DNA of 64,000 nt from the NCBI GenBank assembly GCA_039933785.1, contig JBDTNL010000005.1:18506-82505 (forward strand), given 5' to 3'. The translations under genes and the position numbers were made by a program. Positions 55,893-64,000 of the stretch are shown piece by piece (positions within the stretch are counted from its first letter, which is position 1; each line of letters begins with the position of its first letter). The notes under the pieces were generated by a model, which saw only the letters and a program-made list of their open reading frames with translations, was not told the DNA's origin and did no database searches. This DNA comes from Acidobacteriota bacterium. GTDB taxonomy: Bacteria; Acidobacteriota; Thermoanaerobaculia; Multivoradales; JAGPDF01.

Positions 55893-57181
55893 GAGCGTCG
55901 GTCACTGCCGCTGCCGTGCGCTGCGACATCGCCGTGATCGGCGCCGGCCCAGCCGGCCTCGCCGCGGCGACACGCGCCGCCGAGGCCGGCAAGGCCGTTC
56001 ATGTGCTCGACGAGGGCTTGGGCCCGGGCGGACAGATCTGGCGGCCGGCGCGAGTCGCTTCGAACAACTCCGCCGCCGAGGATTGGCTGGCGCGATTTCG
56101 CCGCAGCGGGGCCATGCTTCACCATGGCGCCGCGGTGTTCGAGATGCACCGTCTGGGCGCCGCGTGGATGATCGTTGCGGAGTGCGGTGGAAGTCGTCTG
56201 GAAGTTACCGCGCCGCAAGTGATCCTCGCGGTCGGAGCGCGCGAGCGCTTTCTGCCGTTTCCCGGCTGGACCCTTCCCGGCGTTCTCGGCAACGGCGGCG
56301 CTCAGGCACTGGTCAAGCAGGGTTGGAACGTCGAGGGCAAGCGAGTCGTGGTTGCAGGCAGCGGCCCGCTCCTGCTGCCCGTCGCGGCGACACTCGCGAA
56401 GGCCGGCGCCAGGGTGGCGGTGGTTGCCGAGCAGGCTCCAATGAGCGCGTTGCGACGCCTGGCACCGGCGCTTGCCCTGCGCCCCGGGAAGCTCTGGGAA
56501 GCCGCGGGCTATCGCCGTGCTTTCACGCGCTGCGGCGCTCGGTACCGCACGGGATGGTGGGTGGAGCGAGCCATCGGCTCAAACACGGTCGCCGAAGTGG
56601 TACTGACCGATGGTCGCCGGCGGGAAACTCTGTCCTGCGATTTGCTCTGCGTTTCCTATGGCCTGGTGCCGAATCTCGAATTGCCGCGATCGATCGGTGT
56701 GGCCTCGAGAGCGGGCTACGTGGCGGTCGACGATGGGCAACGAACGGACGTCGCCGGGATCTTTGTCGCCGGTGAACCGTGTGGCATCGCGGGTGTCGAT
56801 GCGGCCCTCGCCGAGGGTCAGATCGCAGGCCTCGCCGCGGCGGGGCGACCGGTCGAAGGATCCCTACGCCGCGCCCGGCGGAGAGGACGATCTCTTGGTG
56901 CGGCCATGGAGGCGGCGTTTTCGTTGCGGCCCGAACTGCTGCGCCCGCCGGAGCCCACGACCATCGTTTGCCGGTGCGAGGACGTAACCGCCGGTGAGAT
57001 CGATCCTGCGTGGAGCGCGCGTCAAGCAAAGCTGAGCTGTCGCGCCGGCATGGGCCCCTGCCAGGGACGAGTGTGTGGTCCGGCCCTGGAAAACCTGTTC
57101 GGCTTCGCCCCTGACACCGTGCGGAGCCCGCTCCAGCCGGTCGCCTTCTCGACTCTTCTCACATCCGACTCGGAGAACTAG
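55889..57181 (+). CDS. NAD(P)/FAD-dependent oxidoreductase with a BFD-like [2Fe-2S] domain (D-hydroxyproline dehydrogenase alpha-like)
   Basis: 430 aa with DIAVIGAGPAGLAAA, VVVAGSGPLLLPVA and CRCEDVTAGEI...CRAGMGPCQGRVC. Confidence 0.8.
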   Translation: MRASVTAAAVRCDIAVIGAGPAGLAAATRAAEAGKAVHVLDEGLGPGGQIWRPARVASNNSAAEDWLARFRRSGAMLHHGAAVFEMHRLGAAWMIVAECGGSRLEVTAPQVILAVGARERFLPFPGWTLPGVLGNGGAQALVKQGWNVEGKRVVVAGSGPLLLPVAATLAKAGARVAVVAEQAPMSALRRLAPALALRPGKLWEAAGYRRAFTRCGARYRTGWWVERAIGSNTVAEVVLTDGRRRETLSCDLLCVSYGLVPNLELPRSIGVASRAGYVAVDDGQRTDVAGIFVAGEPCGIAGVDAALAEGQIAGLAAAGRPVEGSLRRARRRGRSLGAAMEAAFSLRPELLRPPEPTTIVCRCEDVTAGEIDPAWSARQAKLSCRAGMGPCQGRVCGPALENLFGFAPDTVRSPLQPVAFSTLLTSDSEN

Positions 57182-57183
57182 CC

Positions 57184-58080
57184 ATGCAGTGGACCGGAGT
57201 CCTGCCCGCCATCACCACGCCCTTCAACGAGGACCTCTCGATCGACTTCTCGTTCCTGCCGCGCCACCTCGACTTCATGCTCGAGGCGGGCTGCAAGGGT
57301 TTCGTCGCCCTGGGCTCGCTCGGCGAGAGCGCGACGCTCACCTTCGAGGAGAAGGTGCGGATTCTCGAGGCCTGTGTCGAGGCACTCAACGGACGGGCGC
57401 CAATGGTGGCCGGCATCGCCTCGCTCTCGACCGCCGAAGCCGTGGCGCTGGCGAAAGCCGCCGAGCACGCGGGCTGCGTCGGCTTGATGGTCCTGCCGCC
57501 GTACGTTTACCGGGGCGACGACCGCGAGACCCTGACTCACTACAGCGCCGTGATCGAGGCCACCGCGCTCAGCTGCATGCTCTACAACAACCCAATCGCT
57601 TACGGCACCGACGTCACGCCTGAAATGGCTGGCGCGCTCGCCGCCAAGCATCCGCAGCTCGCGGCGATCAAAGAGAGCAGCGGCGACGCTCGCCGATTCT
57701 CAGCCCTGCGCGCGCTGCTTGGCGACCGCTTGAGCCTGCTGGTCGGAATGGACGATCTCCTGATCGAGGGTGTCGCCCTGGGCGCCAAGGGTTGGATCGC
57801 CGGCCTGGTGAACGCCCTCCCGCGCGAGAGCGTCGCGCTCTTCGATCTCGCCGCGGGCGGCGAGATGGAATCCGCGCATGAGCTCTACCGTTGGTTCCTG
57901 CCACTACTCCGGCTCGACATCGTGCCGAAGTTCGTGCAGTTGATCAAGCTCGTGCAGCAGGAAGTCGGGATGGGGAGCGAACGGGTGCGGCCACCACGGC
58001 TGGAGATTGTCGGCGAGGAACGGCGCCAGGTTCTCACGCTGGTTCGCGAGCACCTGGCGCGACGGCCGGACTTGGATTGA
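57184..58080 (+). CDS. DapA-family aldolase/deaminase (delta1-pyrroline-4-hydroxy-2-carboxylate deaminase-like)
   Basis: 298 aa with GVLPAITTPF, GSLGESATL, MVLPPYVY and the Schiff-base Lys in AAIKESSGD. Confidence 0.85.
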   Translation: MQWTGVLPAITTPFNEDLSIDFSFLPRHLDFMLEAGCKGFVALGSLGESATLTFEEKVRILEACVEALNGRAPMVAGIASLSTAEAVALAKAAEHAGCVGLMVLPPYVYRGDDRETLTHYSAVIEATALSCMLYNNPIAYGTDVTPEMAGALAAKHPQLAAIKESSGDARRFSALRALLGDRLSLLVGMDDLLIEGVALGAKGWIAGLVNALPRESVALFDLAAGGEMESAHELYRWFLPLLRLDIVPKFVQLIKLVQQEVGMGSERVRPPRLEIVGEERRQVLTLVREHLARRPDLD

Positions 58081-58158
58081 GCCTCGTCATTCCGACCACC
58101 CCGCCGGGTGGCGCACTCCCGGGTTGGCCGCTCCATCATTGCTTGAGCGAGGCCGTCC

Positions 58159-59553
58159 ATGAGAACCATCATCGAGCCCTTCCGCATCAAGAGCGTCGAA
58201 CCGATCACCCTGTCGACCCCGGAGGAGCGTGCCGCGCTACTCGCCACGGCCGGTTACAACCTGTTTCGCCTGCCCTCCCGGAGCATCGTGATCGACCTGC
58301 TGACCGACAGCGGCACCGGAGCGATGAGTGCCGCGCAGTGGTCGGCGATGATGCTGGGTGACGAGTCCTACGCCGGCAGCCCGAGCTTCGGACGTTTCGA
58401 GAGCGCGGTCAAGGACATCACCGGCTTCCGGCACGTGATCCCCACTCACCAGGGGCGCGCCGCCGAACGTATCCTCGCGGCCACCATGCTCCGACCGGGC
58501 GATGTCGTCCCTAACAACACGCACTTCGATACGACGCGGGCCAATATCGAGGCCGTCGGCGCAACGGCGATCGATCTCCCGTGCCGAGAGAGCCGTCAAC
58601 TGGCCGCGTCGCATCCCTTCAAGGGCAACATCGATCTCGAGGCGCTCGAAAGTCTTCTCGCCCACCCGCCGGGGCGCGTCCCAGTCGTCTTCGTTACCGT
58701 CACCAACAACGGCGGCGGTGGACAGCCGGTCGCGATGGCCAATCTTCGCGCGGCGTCCGCTCTCTGTCGCGCCTCCGGCGTGCCGTTTTACCTCGACGCC
58801 TGTCGCTTCGCAGAAAACGCGTATTTCATCAAGAAGCGCGAGCCCGGTTTTGCCGATTCAAGTCTGCTCGACATCGCACGCCAGATGTTTGCACTGGCCG
58901 ACGGCTGCACGATGAGCGCCAAGAAGGACGGCATGGCGAACATCGGCGGGTTCTTGTGCTCGAACGATGACTCGGTCGCCCGCCACGAGGAAGAGCTGCT
59001 CATTCTCACCGAAGGCTTCCCCACGTACGGCGGACTTGCAGGGCGTGACCTCGAGGCCATCGCGGTGGGTCTGTTCGAGGCGCTCGACCTCGCCTACCAG
59101 GAGTATCGTCACGCTTCCGTGCAGTATCTCGGCGAGCGACTCTCCGCCGCTGGAGTGCCGATTCTGCAGCCCCCCGGGGGGCACGCGATCTACATCGACG
59201 CACTCGCCTTTCTTCCGCATATACCGCGCCGGCACTACCCGGGGCAGGCGCTCGCGATCGAGCTCTACAGGCACTCGGGAATTCGCAGCGTCGAGATCGG
59301 ATCCGTGATGATGGGCCGGCGCGATCCCCTTACGGGCTCTGAGAGCTACGCCGAGCACGAGCTCGTGCGCTTGGCGATTCCACGTCGGGTTTACACCCAA
59401 AGCCACATTGACTACGTGATCGAGGCGCTGACCGAAATCGCCGCCCATCGTGGCCAGATTCACGGAGTGCGCATTGCCGAGCAGCCCGTCGCGTTGCGCC
59501 ACTTCAGCGCCATCTTCGAACCTATACCGTCGGCCATCGCGCTCGGGGCGTAA
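58159..59553 (+). CDS. tnaA: Tryptophanase-type beta-eliminating lyase (TnaA / tyrosine phenol-lyase family)
   Basis: 464 aa with EPFRIKSVEP, IDLLTDSGTGAMS, PTHQGRAAE and the PLP-Lys in MSAKKDGMANIGGF. The C-terminal LRHFSA (His as in TnaA LRHFTA, versus TPL LRFFTA) favours tryptophanase, but this is not decisive. Confidence 0.85.
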   Translation: MRTIIEPFRIKSVEPITLSTPEERAALLATAGYNLFRLPSRSIVIDLLTDSGTGAMSAAQWSAMMLGDESYAGSPSFGRFESAVKDITGFRHVIPTHQGRAAERILAATMLRPGDVVPNNTHFDTTRANIEAVGATAIDLPCRESRQLAASHPFKGNIDLEALESLLAHPPGRVPVVFVTVTNNGGGGQPVAMANLRAASALCRASGVPFYLDACRFAENAYFIKKREPGFADSSLLDIARQMFALADGCTMSAKKDGMANIGGFLCSNDDSVARHEEELLILTEGFPTYGGLAGRDLEAIAVGLFEALDLAYQEYRHASVQYLGERLSAAGVPILQPPGGHAIYIDALAFLPHIPRRHYPGQALAIELYRHSGIRSVEIGSVMMGRRDPLTGSESYAEHELVRLAIPRRVYTQSHIDYVIEALTEIAAHRGQIHGVRIAEQPVALRHFSAIFEPIPSAIALGA

Positions 59554-59577
59554 GGTCGATGGCGACCGAAGGCCTGT

Positions 59578-60297
59578 TTACTTCTTCAGCGGCCGACTGG
59601 GTCGCAGCTCGATCAAACTCGGTAGCGCCCGGGCCGGGAACTTGAGCAAGTCGACCACGCAGCGCGCCACGTCTTCGGGCGCCAGCATCCAGGAGTTCTG
59701 CGCCCCGCTCGTCGGGTGGCCGAAGTCGGTGTCGACGCTGCCCGGCAGGATCGCCGCCATGCGGATGCCGGCGTGCCGCAAGTCGAGCATCGCGGCTTCC
59801 GAGAGACCGAGCAGTCCGAATTTGCTGGCGTTATAGGCCGCTCCATTGGCGAAGGCGTTCTTGCTGGCGAGCGAGGCGATGTTGAAGATCCAGCCGCTGC
59901 CTTGTTTCCGCATGACCGGGGCCGCGGCTCGGATGCCGTAGAACGACCCCGAGAGATTCGTGTCGATGACTTCGCGCCACTGTTCGACGGTCAGCTGGTC
60001 GACGGGAGCGAAGGTGCCGAGGCCGGCGTTGTTCACCCAGCAGTCGAGGCGTCCGTGTTCGGCGATCGCCCAGGCGACGAACGCCTCCAGCTCCTCGGGT
60101 TGCCGAACATCGACCGGGCGTCCACCGACCCGATCGCCAAAGCGAGGTTTGAGCTCGGCAAGCGCCTGCTCGACGGATGCCTTCTGGCGACCGCACAGGC
60201 CGACGTTCCAGCCCTCCTCGAGCAGGGCTTCCACGATGGCGCGGCCGATGCCGCGGGTGCCGCCGGTGACCAGGCCTACGGGAGTAGGTTCGCTCAT
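59578..60297 (-). CDS. Short-chain dehydrogenase/reductase (SDR)
   Basis: 239 aa with TGGTRGIGRAI, NNAG and the catalytic YNASK. Confidence 0.9.
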   Translation of the reverse strand: MSEPTPVGLVTGGTRGIGRAIVEALLEEGWNVGLCGRQKASVEQALAELKPRFGDRVGGRPVDVRQPEELEAFVAWAIAEHGRLDCWVNNAGLGTFAPVDQLTVEQWREVIDTNLSGSFYGIRAAAPVMRKQGSGWIFNIASLASKNAFANGAAYNASKFGLLGLSEAAMLDLRHAGIRMAAILPGSVDTDFGHPTSGAQNSWMLAPEDVARCVVDLLKFPARALPSLIELRPSRPLKK

Positions 60298-60368
60298 GTT
60301 GGAGACTCTATCTCCGGGAATTGCGGGGGGGCAGGACTTGTTATCCTTCTCGAGGAGGCAGTCCGACT

Positions 60369-61082
60369 ATGTACTTCGATTCGACGTACCTGCTCTTCAT
60401 CCTTCCCGGCTTCGCGTTCGCCTTGATCGCGAGCTTCATCACCAAGTCCGCGTTCGCGAAGTATTCCAAGGTCCGCATCGCCAACGGCATGACCGGAGCG
60501 CAGGCGGCCAAGCGCATGCTCGAGGGCGCCGGCATCCACGACGTCGAGATTGTCGCCGTGCCGGGCAGTCTGACCGATCACTACGATCCGTCGAAGAAGA
60601 CTCTGGCCTTGTCCGAGCCGGTGTTCGGCTCGCAGTCGGTGGCCGCCGTCGGCGTCGCCTGCCATGAGGCCGGCCACGCGATTCAGCACGCCGAGCATTA
60701 CGCGCCGCTGCATTTGCGCTCGGCTCTGGTGCCGACGGCCGGCATCGGTTCGAAGGTGGGCTACTTCGCGATGATGGGCGGTTTGCTTTTGATGTACATG
60801 AGCCATGGCCGCAGTGGGCAGATGGTCGTGCTCGCGGGCGCAGCCCTGTTCTCCCTCGTGCTGCTGTTCCAGATCGTCACCTTACCGGTCGAGTTCAACG
60901 CCTCCTCCCGCGCCAAGCAACTCGCGGTGTCGCAAGGCATCGTGCTGCCGCAGGAGCGCGCCGGCATGGATCGAGTGCTGAACGCGGCGGCGCTTACCTA
61001 CGTCGCGGCGGTGGTTTCGACGTTGCTAACGCTGATGTACTACCTCGTCCGCTCGGGCTTGCTGGGCGGCCGCAGAAACTGA
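60369..61082 (+). CDS. Membrane zinc metallopeptidase (YugP / Zn_peptidase_2 family)
   Basis: 237 aa from ATG 60369, with the SD GAGGAGG upstream. It contains LTDHYDPSKKTLALSE and HEAGHAIQH. Confidence 0.85.
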   Translation: MYFDSTYLLFILPGFAFALIASFITKSAFAKYSKVRIANGMTGAQAAKRMLEGAGIHDVEIVAVPGSLTDHYDPSKKTLALSEPVFGSQSVAAVGVACHEAGHAIQHAEHYAPLHLRSALVPTAGIGSKVGYFAMMGGLLLMYMSHGRSGQMVVLAGAALFSLVLLFQIVTLPVEFNASSRAKQLAVSQGIVLPQERAGMDRVLNAAALTYVAAVVSTLLTLMYYLVRSGLLGGRRN

Positions 61083-61116
61083 AGCCGATCAGCCGCGCCT
61101 GAGAGTTCGTTCGCTT

Positions 61117-61500
61117 CTAGCTCCCGCCGGGCGCCGAGATCCAGATCTCGTAGCCGTCCGGGTCGGTGAGGAAGCACTCGAGCGTGCCGTACGAGGTGGG
61201 CTCGAGGGCCGTCACTTCGATGCCGACATCGCGCAGGCGCTGGTGCAGGGCGTGGATGCTCTCGGGCGACAGATACATCACCCAGGAGCGCGCCGTCGGC
61301 GTCTTCAAGATCGACAATTGGTCGGAAGTCAGCTGCTGCAGCATGAGCTCCGCTTGCCCGGAGCGCAATTGGCACCAGGCGAGCCCGTGCCTGCCGTCGA
61401 AGGCCTGGAGAACCTCGAAGCCGAAGACGTCGTGATACCAGGCGATGGACCGTTCAAGATCCGCAACCCCAAGACTGGGGACGAGCTTTCGTATAGCCAT
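61117..61500 (-). CDS. VOC-family protein (glyoxalase/bleomycin-resistance fold)
   Basis: 127 aa from ATG 61500 with VPSLGVADLERSIAWYHDVFGFEV...FLTDPDGYEIWI. Confidence 0.8.
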   Translation of the reverse strand: MAIRKLVPSLGVADLERSIAWYHDVFGFEVLQAFDGRHGLAWCQLRSGQAELMLQQLTSDQLSILKTPTARSWVMYLSPESIHALHQRLRDVGIEVTALEPTSYGTLECFLTDPDGYEIWISAPGGS

Positions 61501-61511
61501 GTAGCGTGATC

Positions 61512-62870
61512 TTACTCTGCCGGCGTGCCGAGCATGCTCTCGAGTTGATGCCGCTTCTGATCGAGCATGGCAGGGGTCTTCGCTTCGAGCACCAGGCGCA
61601 GGTAGGGCTCGGTGTTGGACGGGCGGACATTGAACCACCAATCGGGGTACTGCACCGTGATGCCGTCGAGCTGATCGACCTTGCCATCGGAGAAATGCGA
61701 GGCCAGGGCGTCCATCTTGCCCTGCTTGTCCTCGACCACGAAGTTGATCTCCGGGCTCTTGGCGTAACGCAGAAGCGGTTTGACCAAGGCCGACATCGAG
61801 CCGCCGGTCTTCCACAGCAGATTGAGGATCTCGACCACTGCCAGAAGCGCGCAGTCGGCGGTGTAGTTGTCTCGGAAGTAGTAGTGCCCGGCGAGCTCGC
61901 CCCCGAACACGGCGTTCAGCTTGCGCATGGTGGCTTTGATGAAGGAATGCCCGACGCGCTCGCGTACCGGAATGCCGCCCTTCTCAGCGATGTACTCCGC
62001 CACCGCCCGCGACGAGCGCAGGTCGTAGACGATGTGCTGGCCGGGGTGGCGTTCGAGCAACGCGCCGCCGATCAATGCGGTCGCGAGATCGCTGCCCACC
62101 GGCTCCCCGGTCTCATCGACGAAGGCGGCGCGGTCGGCGTCGCCATCGAACGACACGCCGAGGTCGGCGTGCTGCTCGCGCACGGCGCGTTGCAAGTCGC
62201 GGAGGTTTTCGAGCTTGAGCGGATTCGCCTCGTGATTCGGGAACGTGCCGTCGAGCTCGAAATAGAGCGGAATGAGCTCGATGCCGGCCTGCTCGAGGAA
62301 CGGCTTGTAGATCGTCCCCATGCCGTTGGCGGCGTCGACCACGACCTTGAGCTTGCGGGCCCCAGCGGGCTTGCGCAGATAGGACAGCACGTGCTTGCCG
62401 TAGGCCTCGAAGATGCTGGTGTGCCGGACCTGGCCGGGAACGACCGCCTGCGGCAGGTCGCCGCTCGCGACCTTCTTTTCCATGAGCGCAATGCCGTGAT
62501 CGCCCGAGACCGGATTCGCCTGATGGCGGGAGAACTTGAAGCCGTTGTACTCGGCCGGGTTGTGGCTGGCAGTGGTCTGCACGCCGCCGGCAGTCTTCAG
62601 GTGACCGACCGCGAAGTAGTTCATCGGCGTGGTCGCGAGGCCGATGTCGATCACATCGAGACCCGATTCGACCAGACCCTTGGTGAGCGCTGCGGCGAGG
62701 CCCTCGCCAGACGGCCGCATGTCGCGCGAAACGACCACGGCGTTGCCGAAGGCGCGGTCTTCCTGATCGAGCACGAACTGGAAGGACCGGCCGATCTTCT
62801 CGGCCAGCGGCTCGTTGAGTTGCTGCGGCACGATGCCGCGGATGTCGTATGCCTTGAAGATACCGGCCAT
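61512..62870 (-). CDS. Phosphomannomutase / phosphoglucomutase
   Basis: 452 aa with FKAYDIRG, the active-site TASHNPAEYNGFK, the metal loop FDGDADR, and GELAGHYYF. Confidence 0.92.
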   Translation of the reverse strand: MAGIFKAYDIRGIVPQQLNEPLAEKIGRSFQFVLDQEDRAFGNAVVVSRDMRPSGEGLAAALTKGLVESGLDVIDIGLATTPMNYFAVGHLKTAGGVQTTASHNPAEYNGFKFSRHQANPVSGDHGIALMEKKVASGDLPQAVVPGQVRHTSIFEAYGKHVLSYLRKPAGARKLKVVVDAANGMGTIYKPFLEQAGIELIPLYFELDGTFPNHEANPLKLENLRDLQRAVREQHADLGVSFDGDADRAAFVDETGEPVGSDLATALIGGALLERHPGQHIVYDLRSSRAVAEYIAEKGGIPVRERVGHSFIKATMRKLNAVFGGELAGHYYFRDNYTADCALLAVVEILNLLWKTGGSMSALVKPLLRYAKSPEINFVVEDKQGKMDALASHFSDGKVDQLDGITVQYPDWWFNVRPSNTEPYLRLVLEAKTPAMLDQKRHQLESMLGTPAE

Positions 62871-62926
62871 GAGGACCCTTTCCGATTCGATGGTCTAGCG
62901 GTAGTGAACGAGCTCCGAGGAGGGCA

Positions 62927-64000
62927 TCAATCGGCCTTGCGGATCGCGAAGGCGAACGCATGGTCATCGACCGGTGCGGACTTGAGATCCGCGTGCTCGG
63001 CGGGGTCGACAAAGTCCAGGCCCAGGGCGAGCGTCTCACCCGCGATGTATTCGCGGTGGTGACTAACGGCCCCGGCAAGTGCCTCGACCGGCGTGTGGAA
63101 CCGAATGTGGATGCGGTCGGCGTAGTCGAGGCCGGCCTCTTTGCGCGCGGTCTGGATTCGATTGACCACCTCGCGAGCGTGGCCCTCGGCGATGAGCTCC
63201 GCAGTGAGCGTAGTGTCGAGAGCTACGAGAAGACCGCGGTCGCCGGCGGTCGCGAGGCCGGCCTTCTCGATCAGGCGGACTTCGACTTCGCCGTTTTCGA
63301 GCTCGACCGTTTCGCCCTCGACGCTCAGCGTGATTTTGCCGTCGCGCTCCAGGGTGTCGGCGAGGGTGTCGCCGTCAAGTGCCGCGAGCGCTGTCTGCAC
63401 CGCCTTCATGCGCTTGCCGAGCTTCTTGCCCAGGGCCCGGAAGTCGGGTCGGACATCGCGGTGGACGAAGTCGCCGAGGCGCTCGGCCCACCGAATCTCC
63501 TTGACGTTGAGCTCCTCGAGCACCAGGTCGCGCACGCGCTCGACGTGGTCGCGGAAGTCGACGCCTTGGGCATCGGGAGCGAACACCAGCGTTACCGCGG
63601 CGAGCGGTTGACGGGTCTTGAGCTCGTGCGCGCTGCGCGCGGCGCGGCCCAGCCCCACGATGCGCTTGGCGAGCGCCATGGCGCTCACCAGCCGCATGGC
63701 CTCGGTGCGTTGGCCGATCGACGACAAGCGGTCGATCCATCCGCGTGCCGCGGGCCAGGGCTCGAGGTGAACGCTCGCGGGTACGTCGGCGTTCTGGCTG
63801 CGCACCAGACGCTCGTGGAGCGCCTCCGCTACAAACGGCGTGAATGGAGCGAGCAGCTTCGCCAAGGTGACCAGAATCTCGTGCAGTGTCTGGTAGGCGG
63901 CCTCTTTGTCGCCGCTCTCGGGATTTCCCGACCAGAAGCGTTCACGGCTGCGGCGGATGTACCAGTTCGTCAGGTCGTCGAGAAATGCCTCGACGCCTCG
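62927..64000 (-). CDS. ileS: Isoleucyl-tRNA synthetase, C-terminal part (gene continues beyond the window)
   Basis: The frame stays open to nt 64000. Translation of 64000-63866 gives ...LDDLTNWYIRRSRERFW..., followed by LAKLLAPFTPFVAEALHERL, the IleRS anticodon-binding region. Confidence 0.9.
   Translation of the reverse strand, partial: RGVEAFLDDLTNWYIRRSRERFWSGNPESGDKEAAYQTLHEILVTLAKLLAPFTPFVAEALHERLVRSQNADVPASVHLEPWPAARGWIDRLSSIGQRTEAMRLVSAMALAKRIVGLGRAARSAHELKTRQPLAAVTLVFAPDAQGVDFRDHVERVRDLVLEELNVKEIRWAERLGDFVHRDVRPDFRALGKKLGKRMKAVQTALAALDGDTLADTLERDGKITLSVEGETVELENGEVEVRLIEKAGLATAGDRGLLVALDTTLTAELIAEGHAREVVNRIQTARKEAGLDYADRIHIRFHTPVEALAGAVSHHREYIAGETLALGLDFVDPAEHADLKSAPVDDHAFAFAIRKAD

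Noticed and set aside
58081-58158. Search for a TnaC-like leader peptide upstream of the tryptophanase-type gene
   Set aside because: There is no short ORF with a suitable start codon and no terminator structure in the 78-nt spacer.

Overview
High-GC (by eye, not computed), very gene-dense chromosomal segment with about 62 protein genes, one tRNA (initiator tRNA-Met) and one riboswitch (TPP). I saw no rRNA, CRISPR array, transposase or integrase. Three MacB/FtsX-type 'duplicated orphan permease' genes, two of them translationally coupled to PadR regulators, suggest an Acidobacteriota-like genome. Most content is housekeeping or metabolic: eno-ftsB, moaD-moaE, acyl-CoA carboxyltransferase beta, sthA, pheA, gnd, ndh, tdk, erpA/ygfZ, phosphomannomutase, the 3' part of ileS, an ECF sigma/anti-sigma pair, a complete hydroxyproline-catabolism cluster with a GntR regulator, and a tryptophanase-type lyase. 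The best candidates for something undescribed are: (1) a TPP riboswitch in front of a TonB receptor - PnuC - NadR-type P-loop kinase operon, which by homology looks like nicotinamide-riboside uptake but is wired to thiamine sensing; (2) the PadR-plus-orphan-permease modules, each with its own operator; (3) a GNAT - HIT-like/zinc-ribbon - PhnX-like HAD operon; (4) a roughly 10 kb chain of ten same-strand genes, five junctions being 4-nt start/stop overlaps, running from an AtuA (DUF1446) module to a giant zinc-ribbon/TPR Ser/Thr kinase; (5) a small lower-GC Fic/VapB/truncated-VapC islet at the 3' side of the tRNA. Many long ORFs in the track are antisense or out-of-frame artefacts of the high GC content and were not called. 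All family assignments come from reading motifs in the translations. No database search was run.
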